Assembly: GCA_037447605.1 (NCBI GenBank) | Contig: CM074821.1 | Coordinates: 1,302,001 to 1,366,000 of the forward strand | DNA from: Zygnema circumcarinatum SAG 698-1b | Taxonomy: Eukaryota; Plantae; Zygnematophyceae | Direction: 5' to 3' | DNA: 64,000 bases | Shown: positions 11,901-23,822 of the stretch, piece by piece | Layout: each line of letters starts with the position of its first letter | Position numbering within the stretch: position 1 is the first letter of the stretch | Program-made: the position numbers and the translations under genes | The notes under the pieces: generated by a model | Told to the model about the DNA's origin: nothing | Databases searched by the model: none | What the model saw: the letters and a program-made list of their open reading frames with translations, nothing else

Positions 11901-12688
11901 TCACTTTCAAAACTGTGTTTGGACGAATCTGAATTACTGCCACTCATACCGCTCACAGCTAATCCACAACAGTAGAAAGTAAAATTAACAGATAAATGAC
12001 GGATGATGAATCTACAACCAGATATCATGCGTAATTTTGTGCTTTCATTTCCCATGCAGGTGTGGGACCACGCTGCAGGAATGATCTGTGTGGAGGAGGC
12101 AGGTGGGAAGGTAAGAACAATTCTCCCCTTTTCTTTTTTTTAACCTTAGCAGTCACATAAACGGAATAGTCTTCATTCAAGGGCTTGTGATTGCAAAAAT
12201 GCATTTTTCTATGTGCACGGATAGAGAGAGCTAGCTTCTCAATCTGCTATGGGGCTCACTTCTTCTTTGATGAGAGAAGTGGATAACAAGTCTGTCAGCA
12301 TTACTGTGGGGTGTGACATCAGCCCTAACTCCGGGACGTCAGCCCTAACCTAATGAATGCACAAGGCTTAGGCAATCAAAAAGAAGAAGAAGTCATTTGG
12401 ACTTGACTTTGGTTGACCAGGGTTGATATCGAGCTTTCTCCAGTTTGGATGCTTTCAGGTCTTTGTGGATTTAAGGGCAGCCTTCCTCGTGGGAATCTGG
12501 TTGTGCATTGGGGGCAGGTGACCGACTTCAACGGAGAACCGTTGCGGGTGGAGCATGGAAACCGGTCATTCTCTCCTGGAGGTGGCGGGGTGATCGTTTC
12601 TAACGGCGAGCTACATGCTGCAGTTATAAGGCACCTCGCTTCCGCCGCTTCGGCGACTGAGCGAGCGAGCGAGAGAGGGTTCGGGTAG
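8959..12688 (+). CDS. 3'(2'),5'-bisphosphate nucleotidase / PAP-specific phosphatase (inositol monophosphatase family, At4g05090-like), organelle-targeted
   Basis: Nine exons: 8959-9066 (MALRLPPPSRHVALPRLTTRPVRRG..., Arg/Ala-rich transit-like), 9381-9449 (HAYEAELEAAIDVVERACRLCAN), 9703-9805 (..EKGDMTPVTVADYGVQALVAL), 10402-10610 (..GIPLLGEEDA..DRYW), 10854-10913 (ILDPIDGTRGFLRG), 11032-11405 (VGLAL..GVMGLP..LLPLCCG), 11655-11733 (SLCKYAAV), 12060-12110 (VWDHAAGMICVEEAGGK) and 12518-12688 (VTDFNGEPL..GGVIVSNGELH). All junctions are GT-AG and in phase. The IMPase motifs DPIDGT and WDHAAG are intact. Confidence 0.93.
9190..9320. repeat. Degenerate (ATGC/CATG)n repeat in intron 1 of the phosphatase gene
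   Basis: Runs of atgcatgcatgc. Confidence 0.7.
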
Positions 12689-13495
12689 GGAGAGAGTGAG
12701 AAGGGAGGAGGGGGGGATGAGGGAGGGAGCGGGTGAGGGAGGTATGGGGGAGGGAGGGTGGGAGGGAGGAATGGCGCGAGGAGGCAAACAGGAGGGAGGG
12801 AGGGAGATGGAGATGGGGCGGAGGGGGGTGGAGAGGGAGAGGTGAAAGGGGAGGGAGAGAGAACGAGGGCAATACTCAGCGTCGTGCTACTCTACAACCT
12901 GCAAACAGCGTCACATTTTTGCCGCAGCCTCAAATTAGGGGCTCCTACCATGGCGCCATACAATGGGCCACTATCATAGGACCGCTGGCCAATTGTTTAT
13001 TCGAGTGACGTGGAGGCCTCAATGATTCGGAAGGTGGTCGATGCCTCGCAGTTGCTGGCTTTACTTAGGAAGTACAGAAATGCAGTTGGTTGCGGCTTGC
13101 AGCTCCAACCGACACTTGGTAGCCCCTTCTAGGAAGAAGGCACATCCAATAATTGGCAATGATCGAGTGCCCACTGTTACTGTGTAGATTTAAACATGAG
13201 AAAAAGAGATTGGAATTTTCTGACGTTGAACATTTGAACCTTTTTTTAATGTGTCATCAATACAGGGATTCACTCGCTCATGCGAATTCCAACTTTCTGC
13301 AGCTCAGGGTTCAGACAAATGGACCACGCACATTCGGAATCCATTTAGTAAAATGTTGAATGTTCTAGCACACACATTCGGTAAATCTACACCCATGTGC
13401 AAACATAGACAAGACTGTCAACCCCTGCTAGAAGTCACCACAGCATTGGCCATTGACCATTGGCCGGCCATGAACTCCTGTGGGATATCGAGCTC

Positions 13496-13640
13496 CTATT
13501 GGCGGACGTCCTGGAAGTGCTTGTCCGCATGCTGCTGGCAGAAGGCCCTGTACTTCGTTTCTCCTGCAGTTGTCTTGACGCTCACTACGGGAAAGCCCGC
13601 CTCCCGGTTGCAGAGGGGGTGGAAGGCGGCCCGGCACCCT
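13496..13640 (-). pseudogene. Isolated terminal exon encoding the C-terminal half of an extended PHD (zf-HC5HC2H-type) zinc finger; upstream exons not found
   Basis: The minus strand after a CAG acceptor (13643-13641) reads GCRAAFHPLCNREAGFPVVSVKTTAGETKYRAFCQQHADKHFQDVRQ* (stop at 13498-13496). It matches the recalled ePHD pattern C..C..aFHp.Ca..aG......K..a(F/Y)C..H. Confidence 0.6.
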
Positions 13641-13654
13641 CTGCTTGAGCCCCG

Positions 13655-14100
13655 TTTCCCGCTCCTCCCCCCCTTCCCCCCTTTTTCTCTCTACTCCCCC
13701 CTTCTGTCTACCTCTCTCTCCCCTTACCCCCCTCCCCACATTTTCTCTTCACTCCCCCTTCTCTATACACCTCTCTCCCCCTTCCCTCTCACATTCCTGT
13801 CGCCCCCTGTTCCACTCCTCCCCGCCTTCCCCCCTTTTCCTCTCTTCTCCCCCCTTTCCTCTACCTTTCTCTCCCCTTTCGGCCTCCCGCACTTTTTCTC
13901 TTCTCTCCCCTTACTCTATACACATCTCTCCCCCTTCCCTCTCACGTTCCTGTCTCCCCCTGTTCCACTCCTCCCCGCCTTCCCCGCTTTTTCTCTCTTC
14001 TCCCCCCTTCTCTCTACGTCTCTCTCCCCTTTCCGCCTCCCCCACTTTTTCTCTTCTTTCCCCTTCTCTACACACCACTCCCCCCCTTCCCTCTCTCCTT
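13655..14100. repeat. ~153-bp pyrimidine-rich tandem repeat (~3 copies)
   Basis: 51-aa periodicity in ORF 13251..14168; units start near 13661, 13816 and 13968. Confidence 0.8.
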
Positions 14101-14962
14101 CCCGCATCCCTCACTCTCTATCCTTCCTACTCTCCTTCGCGTATTCAGTTTCGGGTTCAGGGTCTTGAGAGTTAGAGCACAACATCCTCCTCAAACGTGC
14201 AATCCGACGTGGCGAGTTTTACCTCAGTTCATGGAACCCCGCCCTAACAAGATTCAGACACTTTGTACGGTTGGGTGTGCTTCTACCGCGGGCACCGACA
14301 CGTGGTGCGCATTATGCATACGTGGCGTACCAGGATTGGCCATAACGCTGTGTTCCAATTGTATCCCAGCTTAGTCAACCCTCTGACTTTGACCGTTGGT
14401 CAAACCTCCGTACAAGTCCTGCCGGCGGACGTCAAAAAATATGCTCCCGCCATACACACTGTACGGACAGCTGTCGTCTCTGTGCGACAGGTGGCCGCCC
14501 TGGACGGAGAAGCTGGGAAAGGTGCCACGTGGCACGCCCTCCGCTCGTGCCTCTATTTTTAGAGTTTCTAGGGTTTTTAGGGTTTTGGAACGGACGGGAA
14601 AGGGAGGACACGTGGATGGCTCTGGCCGGGGGAGGCCGGGGGAGAAGCTTCCAAGGTAGGCGTTGGAACAACTTTCAATGTCTTGGTTTTAGAGGAGTAA
14701 GGAACTTAGGGTTGAGGGTTTAGGGTTAGGGTTCAGGATTCAGGGGAGGGAGAGAGAAGGGAGAGGAGGGGAAGGGGGGAGGCATTCTTCAGCATTCGGC
14801 CACTCTGTCGTTACTGATTTTGTGTTCTGCTCTGCAAAATTAGGAATTTTGGGAGGACCAGGGAATCTGAGCGGTGTCAGTTCTCTGCTCCGTTCGACAT
14901 AGAACCGGAGCCCTTCCCTCTCCCTGCACGCCATCCTCCGACTGAGAGAGAGCTCCGCCGCC

Positions 14963-16214
14963 ATGGCGTGCACCCGCCGGCGAGCTCGTCGCTGCTGTTT
15001 TCAAAGCGCCTCTCTCACAAGTGCAGTCAAGCTTTGGATACTTCTTTTGGTCGCAAATGGAGGGAGGATTTCGAGGGGAGATTCGCCTCCAGCCGATTAT
15101 GAAGGTCCCCTCACTGCATCCATTCATCAATTTCACACTGCTGCATTGCAATGTGGAAGGAAACTGGGCACATTGCTGATATAACTTAACTTATGGCTTG
15201 CCTGGCAGGCCGTGTGCTTCGCCAACCTTTCTCTAACTCTCTTTCTGTCTCTCCACCTCTCCTTTTTCTCGCCCTCTCTGCCATGCTAATTTTATGCCTG
15301 GCAGGCTGAGTGTATCTCATCAACCTTTCTCTCTCTCTCTCTATCTCGTCCTCTCTTTTCTTCTCACTCTCTCCCGCTCTTTGCCATATCTTATTTCAGC
15401 TTAGAAGGCTTAGTGCCTGTCACCCAACTTCTGTTTCGCACACACGCACTCTCTCTCTACATCTCGTCCTCTCCTTCCTGCTGACTCTGGCAGGCGGAGT
15501 TTATCTCTCTCTCTACTCTCCCTCTCCCTCACTCTCTCGTCCGCTTCTTGCTTCTTACTCTCTCCCTCTCCTTGCATATTCACAATGAGGCAGACATATA
15601 ACTTTTTTTTATAGTTTTGTGTTGGCTGCAATTCCAGTCCTTTTGGACTTGAAAGAAGGGTTTGATACTGCGGGCAATTTGCTTCAAAGCTGGATTGGCG
15701 GGAACGGCTGTTCAACTTGGTTGGGGCTCAAATGTCACAACTCCACAAATGCTGTCATTGAAATGTAAACTTTCAAACTGTGCTCAGTTTCGTAGCAACT
15801 CCCAATCTTCGAAAGAAACCGTAGAAATTCAAAATTTGCAGTAATGTAAGAAAGAAAATCTTGTTCCTTGGCTGCTCTTGAGGCCGGTTCCGTCTCGTTT
15901 CTGAGTGGCTACTTTCTATCAATTTTGAAAATTTTGAAATTTTGAAACGAGCATGATGACAGAAGAGGTGAGGGGCTGCAGGAATCTTAGCGACGTTGGA
16001 CTTAATGGTACTATTCGGGACAGCATAGGAAACCTCCCTTCCCTGCAGATATTGTGAGTATATCGAGCTTAAGCCATATGCTGGCTAGCCATATTCCTCC
16101 TGTTCTTCCAAGAATGGCATCAATTCTAAGCCGAAAAAGCATTATTTTGTTTTGCCTCAACTTCTGAAACTTAGGAACTGTCGTCTTCTTTAGTGCTGTT
16201 TGAATAAGTTGTCG

Positions 16215-16250
<36 letters not shown>

Positions 16251-16641
16251 GGAGAGGGAGAGGGAGAAGGAGAGGGAGAGGGAGAGGGAAAGGGAAAGGG
16301 AGAGGGAGAGGGAGAGGGAGAGGGAGAGGGAGAGGGAGAGGGAGAGGGAGAGGGTGAGGGTGAGGGAGAGGGAGAGGGAGAGGGAGACTGTGTTAACTTT
16401 ATAAAATGTCCACGGGATGCCTCCTTGCAGGAGGCTTGATGGAAACTTGTTTACCGGACCACTCCCAAACTCTATCGGAAATCTTTCGAACCTTGTCACA
16501 TTGTACGGCTTTCCTTCCCTCTGCTTATCCCAATACCTTCTCTTTTGTCTCACTTAAAATTGCTTTTTTTTGTATGCTTCTTGTATGTGCTCGACTTCGC
16601 TTGTGTTACACCTCTCTCTCTCTCTCTCCCTCGCTCTATCC

Positions 16642-16672
<31 letters not shown>

Positions 16673-16939
16673 CCTCTCCCTCTCCCTCTCCCTCTCCCTC
16701 TCCCTCTCCCTCTCCTTCTCCCTCTCCCTCTCCCTCTCCTCTCCCTCTCCCTCTCCCTCTCCCTCTCCCTCTCCCTCTCCTCTCCTCTCCCTCCTCCCTC
16801 TCCCTCTCCCTCTCCCTCTCCCTCTCCCTCTCCCTCTCCCTCTCCCTCTCCCTCCTCCCTCTCCCTCTCCCTCTCCCTCTCCCTCCCTCTCCCTCTCCCT
16901 CTCCCTCTCCCTCTCCCTCCCTTCCTCTCTCCCCCTCTC

Positions 16940-16978
<39 letters not shown>

Positions 16979-19900
16979 CTCTCTCCTCTCTCTCTCTCTC
17001 CTCTCTCTCAAACCTCGAAAATCTAAAGTGTTGAGGGAGTGAGTGCAGGAGTATCAAGCCCTCGGTAGCCAATGGGATCGCTCTATCGGGAGGCATACCA
17101 GCGGAAATCGGAAACTTGACAAAGCTTAAATACCTGTAAGTCTGCCACGTGGCATGTTTCCACAGGCCCCTTCCCTTTCTTTCTTTCTTTCTCTTTCATT
17201 GGATGTCTATTGGTCTGACAGTACGGAAAAGTGAGCAGAGAATGAGATCTTATTTCCTTTTGTCATATTGCTAAATTGGAAATTTTTCTTTTCGTCGGAT
17301 GCAGGTATCTCGACAACAATAACTGGTCGGGTGGAATTCCTGATCGATTTGGCGATTTGAAAAATATTATCATCATGTACCTTCGCACCACTCATCTCTT
17401 ATCTTGTCTTTGGGACATAACGAGTTCATGGCAACTTTTTTCAAGTTTTAATTATTTTAGGAACATGGTGGGAATGTATCCGAAGTCCCAATTTTTGTAG
17501 TATGAATTTCTTATGTAATATTGACTCATTCAAAACCCTAAAATCCATTGAAAACCCTAAAAAGCCCTCCTTTTGAAGCTGCATTCTTTTGTTTTTACAC
17601 TTATTGAGGTGGATTTGACGAGCCAAATGCCATTTCCATTGCATGGTGCCGCTGTGCAGTCAAATTTACCATTCGGACCTTTCAGGGGAACTGCCTGAAT
17701 CATTCGCAAACTTGACGAAACTCACAAAATTGTGAGTATCCAGACCAAGTTTTTTGTGGGTTTGCTATCAGTTCTTGGAATGGAGTGCGTCTTATCCGTA
17801 TTGAAAGCAAGAAAAACTAAATTCGAAACCTGTATGCAAGATATAGACTGGCAGAACAAAACCTAAAAGACCCCAAAAGCCCTATAACATGCTAGAATAG
17901 TGGAAATATGGCCGAATATGGTCTAATTTCAAAGCAGCCCATCCCCCTATCCCATACATTGCTTTATTTCGCATGTCGATGCAGAGCGCTGGGGGACAAC
18001 AAGCTCGAGGGGGACCTGCCAGACTGGCTGGGGGGGCTCACCTCCCTCGAGGAACTGTGAGCTGCCACCTGGCGGCCAGACATTGGCCGGGAGGGGGAGG
18101 GGAGGGGGAGNNNNNNNNNNGGGAGGGGAGGAGGGGAGGGAGGGAGGGAGGGAGGGAGGGAGGGAGTGGATGGGATTGGGATGGGATGGGATCGGATAGA
18201 TCGATGGATAGGTGGATGTCAATGGGACGGATATTCGCATGTCATAGGGCATTCCTTTCTGCTTTTCCCACCAAAAGGAAGGCTTGGGGCTCAGGGCCGC
18301 ATGCCTTCAATCTCAGCTATCAAATGGCAGAATAAGGCAGAAACGTCCCTCCTATGCAAAATGACCCTTTTGCCTCTCTCTCCCGCGCAGGGACCTTTCC
18401 CGGAACGAATTCAGCGGGCAACTGCCCGACTCGCTGGGCAGCCTCAAAAATCTCATCACTATGTACGGATTTGCTCTCACTCCAAGGCAAAAAGAAAGCT
18501 GTTGTAACGTGAATCTACCCAATCCCAGCCCCCTCCTATTTATATATATATATATATATATATATTTACATATACATATATAACTGTGAGGAGAGGGGGC
18601 GGCAGGGACTTATCATACAACAAGCTGGTGAACGGACCTATTCCAAACAGCTTTGGAAATCTCACGAGTCTGAGCCTCTTGTAAGCCTGCTAATGGACCA
18701 AACTCCTGTTTTAATCAGCACTGAAAATATATCATATAGAATATAAATGTATCATATATCATATATTTCACGCTATTGGTTTTTTAGACTCATCTTTGTG
18801 CACTGTATTTGCTTTTTTCAATGGCAGAAATCTTACCGGGCTGGGACTCTCCCAACCAATTCCATCCACTTTTGGCAATTTAGACAAGCTGAAATTTTTG
18901 TAAGCTTTCTAAGCCTGCCAACTGTGCATGAATGTGAATAGGGATGCTGTTTTTCTTCTCATTTATTTTGCCGGGTCATTTGAACACTCAAAGTTCTAAA
19001 AATAGAGACATCTTGATTGTGGTGAATCCTGAGCAGACAGGGGTTGGTTTTACAGTTTTTAGAGAGGCTAGTTCAGAAATTCGAGGAATTTACACATTTT
19101 GCTACATTTTAGGGTTTATTGGGTCCTTCTGCAGGAGTCTGCCCAGAATATTTTCACTTCGATTATAGAATCTATTTGAAGTATTCAGTCCTTTCAGTCA
19201 GTTTGAGCTCATTCAAACATTTTTTCTCCCTCCCTCCCCTTTTTCTCATTACATAACCCGTGTGTCGGATTTCAGGAATCTGCATGGGAATAAGCTGTCC
19301 GGTGAGCTACCGCAAAATTTGGCCAAACTGACTAACCTTGAAGAACTGTGAGTTGGCTACCAAAGCTTCATCAAAGGAGGGTTTTTAAAAACTAAAAACT
19401 GGGAAGGCGGAAGCTGATTTTGGCTTTTTTTTTTTAATCTGATAATCGCAGGACTGTAATGCTTGGCTCAACGGTGGTGTTTTGGCTGAATTGCTGACTA
19501 ATATCAACAGGGGTCATATTCTTGGAATTGGTTTTCCCTGCTCTTTTCTTCCCTCTCTCTTCTCACTCTCTCTCCTCTCTGTCCTCTCTTTCCCCTCTCC
19601 CTTCACTCTCTCGCCTCTCTTCTCTCTCTCTCTCTCTCTCTCCAATTGCTTTCTTTTATTTTTTTTCGGGCTGGTTGGGTGGGATTATCTAGTGATGTCG
19701 ATTATAACAACCTGAGGAGTATTCCGGACGACCTTTCCAAGTTGAAGTCTCTGCAAATTTTGTGTGTAAATTTATCCTCGCTTTATTCTATAAAAGAAAC
19801 CCCACAATCTCTCCCACTTCCCTCCCCGCCCCTACCCCTCCCCTTTCCGCCCCTTCCCCGTCCTTTCCCCTCCCTCCTCCGTCCCTCCCCCTCCCTCCCC

Positions 19901-20639
19901 CTCCCTTCACCTCCCCCTCCTGAATCCGAAAACTGAAAGCACGAAAACTCCCCCTCCCCCTCCCCCCCCTCCCCCTCCNNNNNNNNNNACCTCCTCCCCA
20001 CCTTCCCCCTCCCCCGTCCTCCCTCCCCCTCCCCCTCCTGAATCCGAAAACTGAAAGCACGAACTTTAATTACGATTTTGCTGAAATTTTAATTTTTATG
20101 GTAAAGCTGCATAGAAGCCGTTCTTTCATCTCCCAGCCCTAATCTGTACTCTTAAGCCCCGAAACACCACAGAATCCTAATGTAAAGAAGAAAAAAAGAA
20201 AAAGAAAGTTCGTTAATGCTTCTTGTGCTGGAGGGAGAGGGCTGCTTCAGACACTTATGCTGCAATCAGTTGAGCGGCAGTTTGCCTTCAAAATTTCCGC
20301 CAAGTTTGAAAGAAATGTGAGTTTTCTGATGTGTTCATTTGCTGCACCTGCCCTATCCCATCATTCAAAACGAAAAAGAATAGTGGAATCGGAGTGAAAT
20401 GGCAGACCCCATTTTGTGATTGTGAAAGGAACCACTCCTTCCTTTCTTTAACTGATTTCTTTTTCCGTATTTGGCTGTTTCTGCCCCAGCAACTTCAAAA
20501 ATAACATCCTGAATGGATCTGTGGAGACTACGTTCTACAATCTGACCGCACTGCAGACTCTGTAAGTCTCTCGCTCTCATTCTCTCTTTCTCACTCCCCT
20601 CACTCTTTCCCTCTGCCTCTCACTTTTCATTTCGTGAAA

Positions 20640-20699
<60 letters not shown>

Positions 20700-21893
20700 T
20701 GTCTTTGTCCTCCGCATGTGCAGTGTACTTTCGGGAAATAACTTTTCCGGAAATCTGACCACTTTCCGTACGGTGGGGTCCCTTGAGAAGCTTTATTTGG
20801 ACAACAATGACTTCACAGGGGCTGTTCCTGCACAACTCCTTTCTGCCAGTAATATCACCGCTAAGCTCAAGTATGCATCTATTGTAAGGCCTACTTTAAG
20901 GGTCTGTCCTCCCTACATCAAATTTGTTGGACTGATCCTTATCTCCCTCTCAACTTTGTACTCTCGTGGTTGTACAGAGTTCTGCTCGGAAGGTTCAATT
21001 AGGGAGGTTGAGAATCCTTTCTGTCAGGTCAATCTGGTTGACTAGACACAATTTCAGTATTCTCTCCTTCTATGATGGCTAACATTCCTTCGTCGTAGTC
21101 GACTAATATGAAGTTTTGTATCTTGTATTCTTGGAGCTGCATTTCAGGCTTTCCGGCAATCCGTCGTGCAACAACACAGCGAGTTTGAACGTTTCTGAGA
21201 CAATGGTGGTGAATGTTGTATGCAATCAGCCTCTATGCAGGGGCGTTCCATGCTCCTCCGTTCTCCCGCTAAATCCGTACGTCGAGGAAATTTTCGAAGC
21301 ATGTGAATGCTCGCCCGCCCTCGCAATAAAACTGTTTTTCCATTCGCCTCCGTTCGACACATTCGATGCCACGTGGCAGAACAAGACAGTGACTGATCTT
21401 GCCGCTGCCTTGCAGATGAACATTCTGCAGGTCTTTTCACAACTTCCTTAAAAAAAACTCTAAATTTCAATTCTTTTGAATCCTTAGATGTGTTATATTG
21501 GGTCCAAACCTGGCCAGCTCCTCCTCCACCTTCCTCAAGCATATGGGAATTACGAAAAGCTGTGTACATTTTGCAATTCAAGGAGATGAACGCCATGTTT
21601 TACCTCTTTCCCTCACCCTATTAGAATCTTACACCCTTAACAAACCTAACTCTAAGGCTAAACCTTACTGCAACCTTGACCCTAAACCTAATTCTGACCT
21701 TCACCCTAAGCCTAACCCTAACCTCAACCCTAATCCCAGCAATGTCTCTAATCCTCATCCTAATTACCTTTACACCTAACCCAAAGCCTAACTGTCGCCT
21801 GAACCCTAACCTCAACCCTAACCCGAGTGATAACCCTAATCCTGATTCTCATTTCCAGCTCCTGAAGCTTCCTCCTCCCACACCCCCCCTCTC

Positions 21894-21926
<33 letters not shown>

Positions 21927-23761
21927 TTCTCTCTCGCTCTCTCTCTCCCCCCTTATGTGGACAGGTGCAGATAGTGTCGAACACTGCGGGAGAGGCTCGG
22001 CAGGTGGCAGTGGACATAAATCTGTTTCCTCCCTCTGCAGAGTGGGCAGATGGGGCATTAGATGCTCTTAAGGAGAAGCTAAAAGGAAGTTCTATTTTGG
22101 GGGACAGCTATGGATCCATTACCATCTTTATACAGCCTGTATCTGGTCAGTTTACTCCAATCTCACTCTCTTTGGGTCCCTGAACCCTAAACCCTAAAGA
22201 TCCTAATGACCTTGAAAACCCTACAAACCCTACACACCCACCTTAGGTGCCCGTAGGTAGGTCCAAGTAGCCCTTGCCATATTTTGGAAACTGTAAAACT
22301 TTTGTACTCTTGGAAAGACCCCCAAAATTGTAAAGCATCCATAGGTCTAGATAGTGGAAATCTGTAACTCACCAGAAATTCAGGAAACTCTGAAATTTTT
22401 AAATGCTTTGAAGCCTGAAAGTTTACTTTCACATAAGCGCTTCACTCGCACAACTTTAGATGCTTTCATGCATTTTTTTTTTAGAGGGAGTGGGGAGGGG
22501 CGAGAACATAGTGGCTTTCTGGGAGGAATCTTCTTTTTAAAATTACAAACTTAGACCGATAATGAACGAAGGAAAATTGCTTCGGAAAGAATTGTCAACT
22601 TCTGTATAACCGAAATCCTCTTGTGGGAAATCAAAGTTTCTGTTCTGCTTTCTCTATCGCTTTTTTTTTTTTCGACATTTCATTCGGCTTCTTTCTCATT
22701 TATCTCTTTTCTCCTTGTCTATCGTTTTTCGGTTTGTCTTCCATGCTGAAGGTTCTCTCCCGGAAGACTCTCTCCCATGTGAGCGCTCTCCCTTGGACCA
22801 GCTTGAAGTTTGAACCGACTTATTTTGGGTCTGAAATCTGAAATGAAATGTCGGAGTTTCTTATGGTTTTAGGGTTTCTAGGGTCTCTAGACTTCTTCAG
22901 TCACCGTTATAAACTCTTAGAGTTTTTATTGCTTTTTTATTCTATGATTCGCTTCGCCTCTGGTGATTTTCTAGCCATTTATAGTACTATATGTTTTTGA
23001 AACTCAGAAGTTTTCCCTCTCCCTCTCCCTCTCCCTCTCCCTCTCCCTCTCCCTCTCCCTCTCCCACTCCAGCCCCTCTTCACTTCGGCCCCTGATTGAC
23101 TGTTTCAAAGAAGTCTTTGGAAGTAGTAATAATATATTTTTGCTTTCTAAAGGTCCTTCTCCCTTCCTTTTCTATGCCTCGTATTGACCCGCAGCTCCGC
23201 CTCCCCCTCCACAAGAAACAAGCGATTCAGGTACAATATCTCGCCTGTTCAACAATGTTAAAAGGCTTTTTGAAAGCTTTGAATTGAGGCCCATTAGCTA
23301 TATGCTCCTTGAAAGCCATACTAATTTGTAAAGTCCTTCAAAACCCTAAAACCCCAAAATCCAAAACTTTCAGCCTTCATTGCTTATATACCCATCCTAT
23401 CCTCGCATCTCTGCAGCCTTCGTTTTCTCCATATAAGAGGGCCTGCATGTGCTGACCTGTCGAATGCCAACCTATGGGCGCATTTTTTTTCTTTTGCTCT
23501 TAGTTGTTGAGATGCCTTGTCTTCTACATTTTTTCGTTTTGCATTTTCGCGTGTTTTTGGTAGTTCCTTTTCGGCGTAGTCGTGTACCTCCCTTTCAACA
23601 GTTTCCGCTTTGAATGCAGGTCTGAAAGTGTGGCAAATAGTGCTCATTGTGGTGGGCGTAATGGCTTTCGCAACTGCGATCACAGCCCTAATAGTCCGAC
23701 ACATATTGAAGAGCGGTAGCTCGCCAGCGGCGGCTTTTGCAAGTTTGTCCACATTCACCAC

Positions 23762-23822
<61 letters not shown>

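Noticed and set aside
13251-14168. 305-aa plus-strand ORF
   Set aside because: Largely a 153-bp pyrimidine tandem repeat; the non-repetitive part is the antisense of the ePHD exon.
16011-17096. Long ORFs of poly-ER/EG/LS/LP (also at 23755-25500, 38516-39099, 45763-46536, 55698-56201, 59709-60251)
   Set aside because: They are translations of intronic (GA)n/(CT)n/(CTCC)n tracts inside spliced genes.
19918-20063. Direct repeat ctcctgaatccgaaaactgaaagcacgaa on both sides of 19979-19988
   Set aside because: It flanks an N gap; most likely an unmerged contig overlap.
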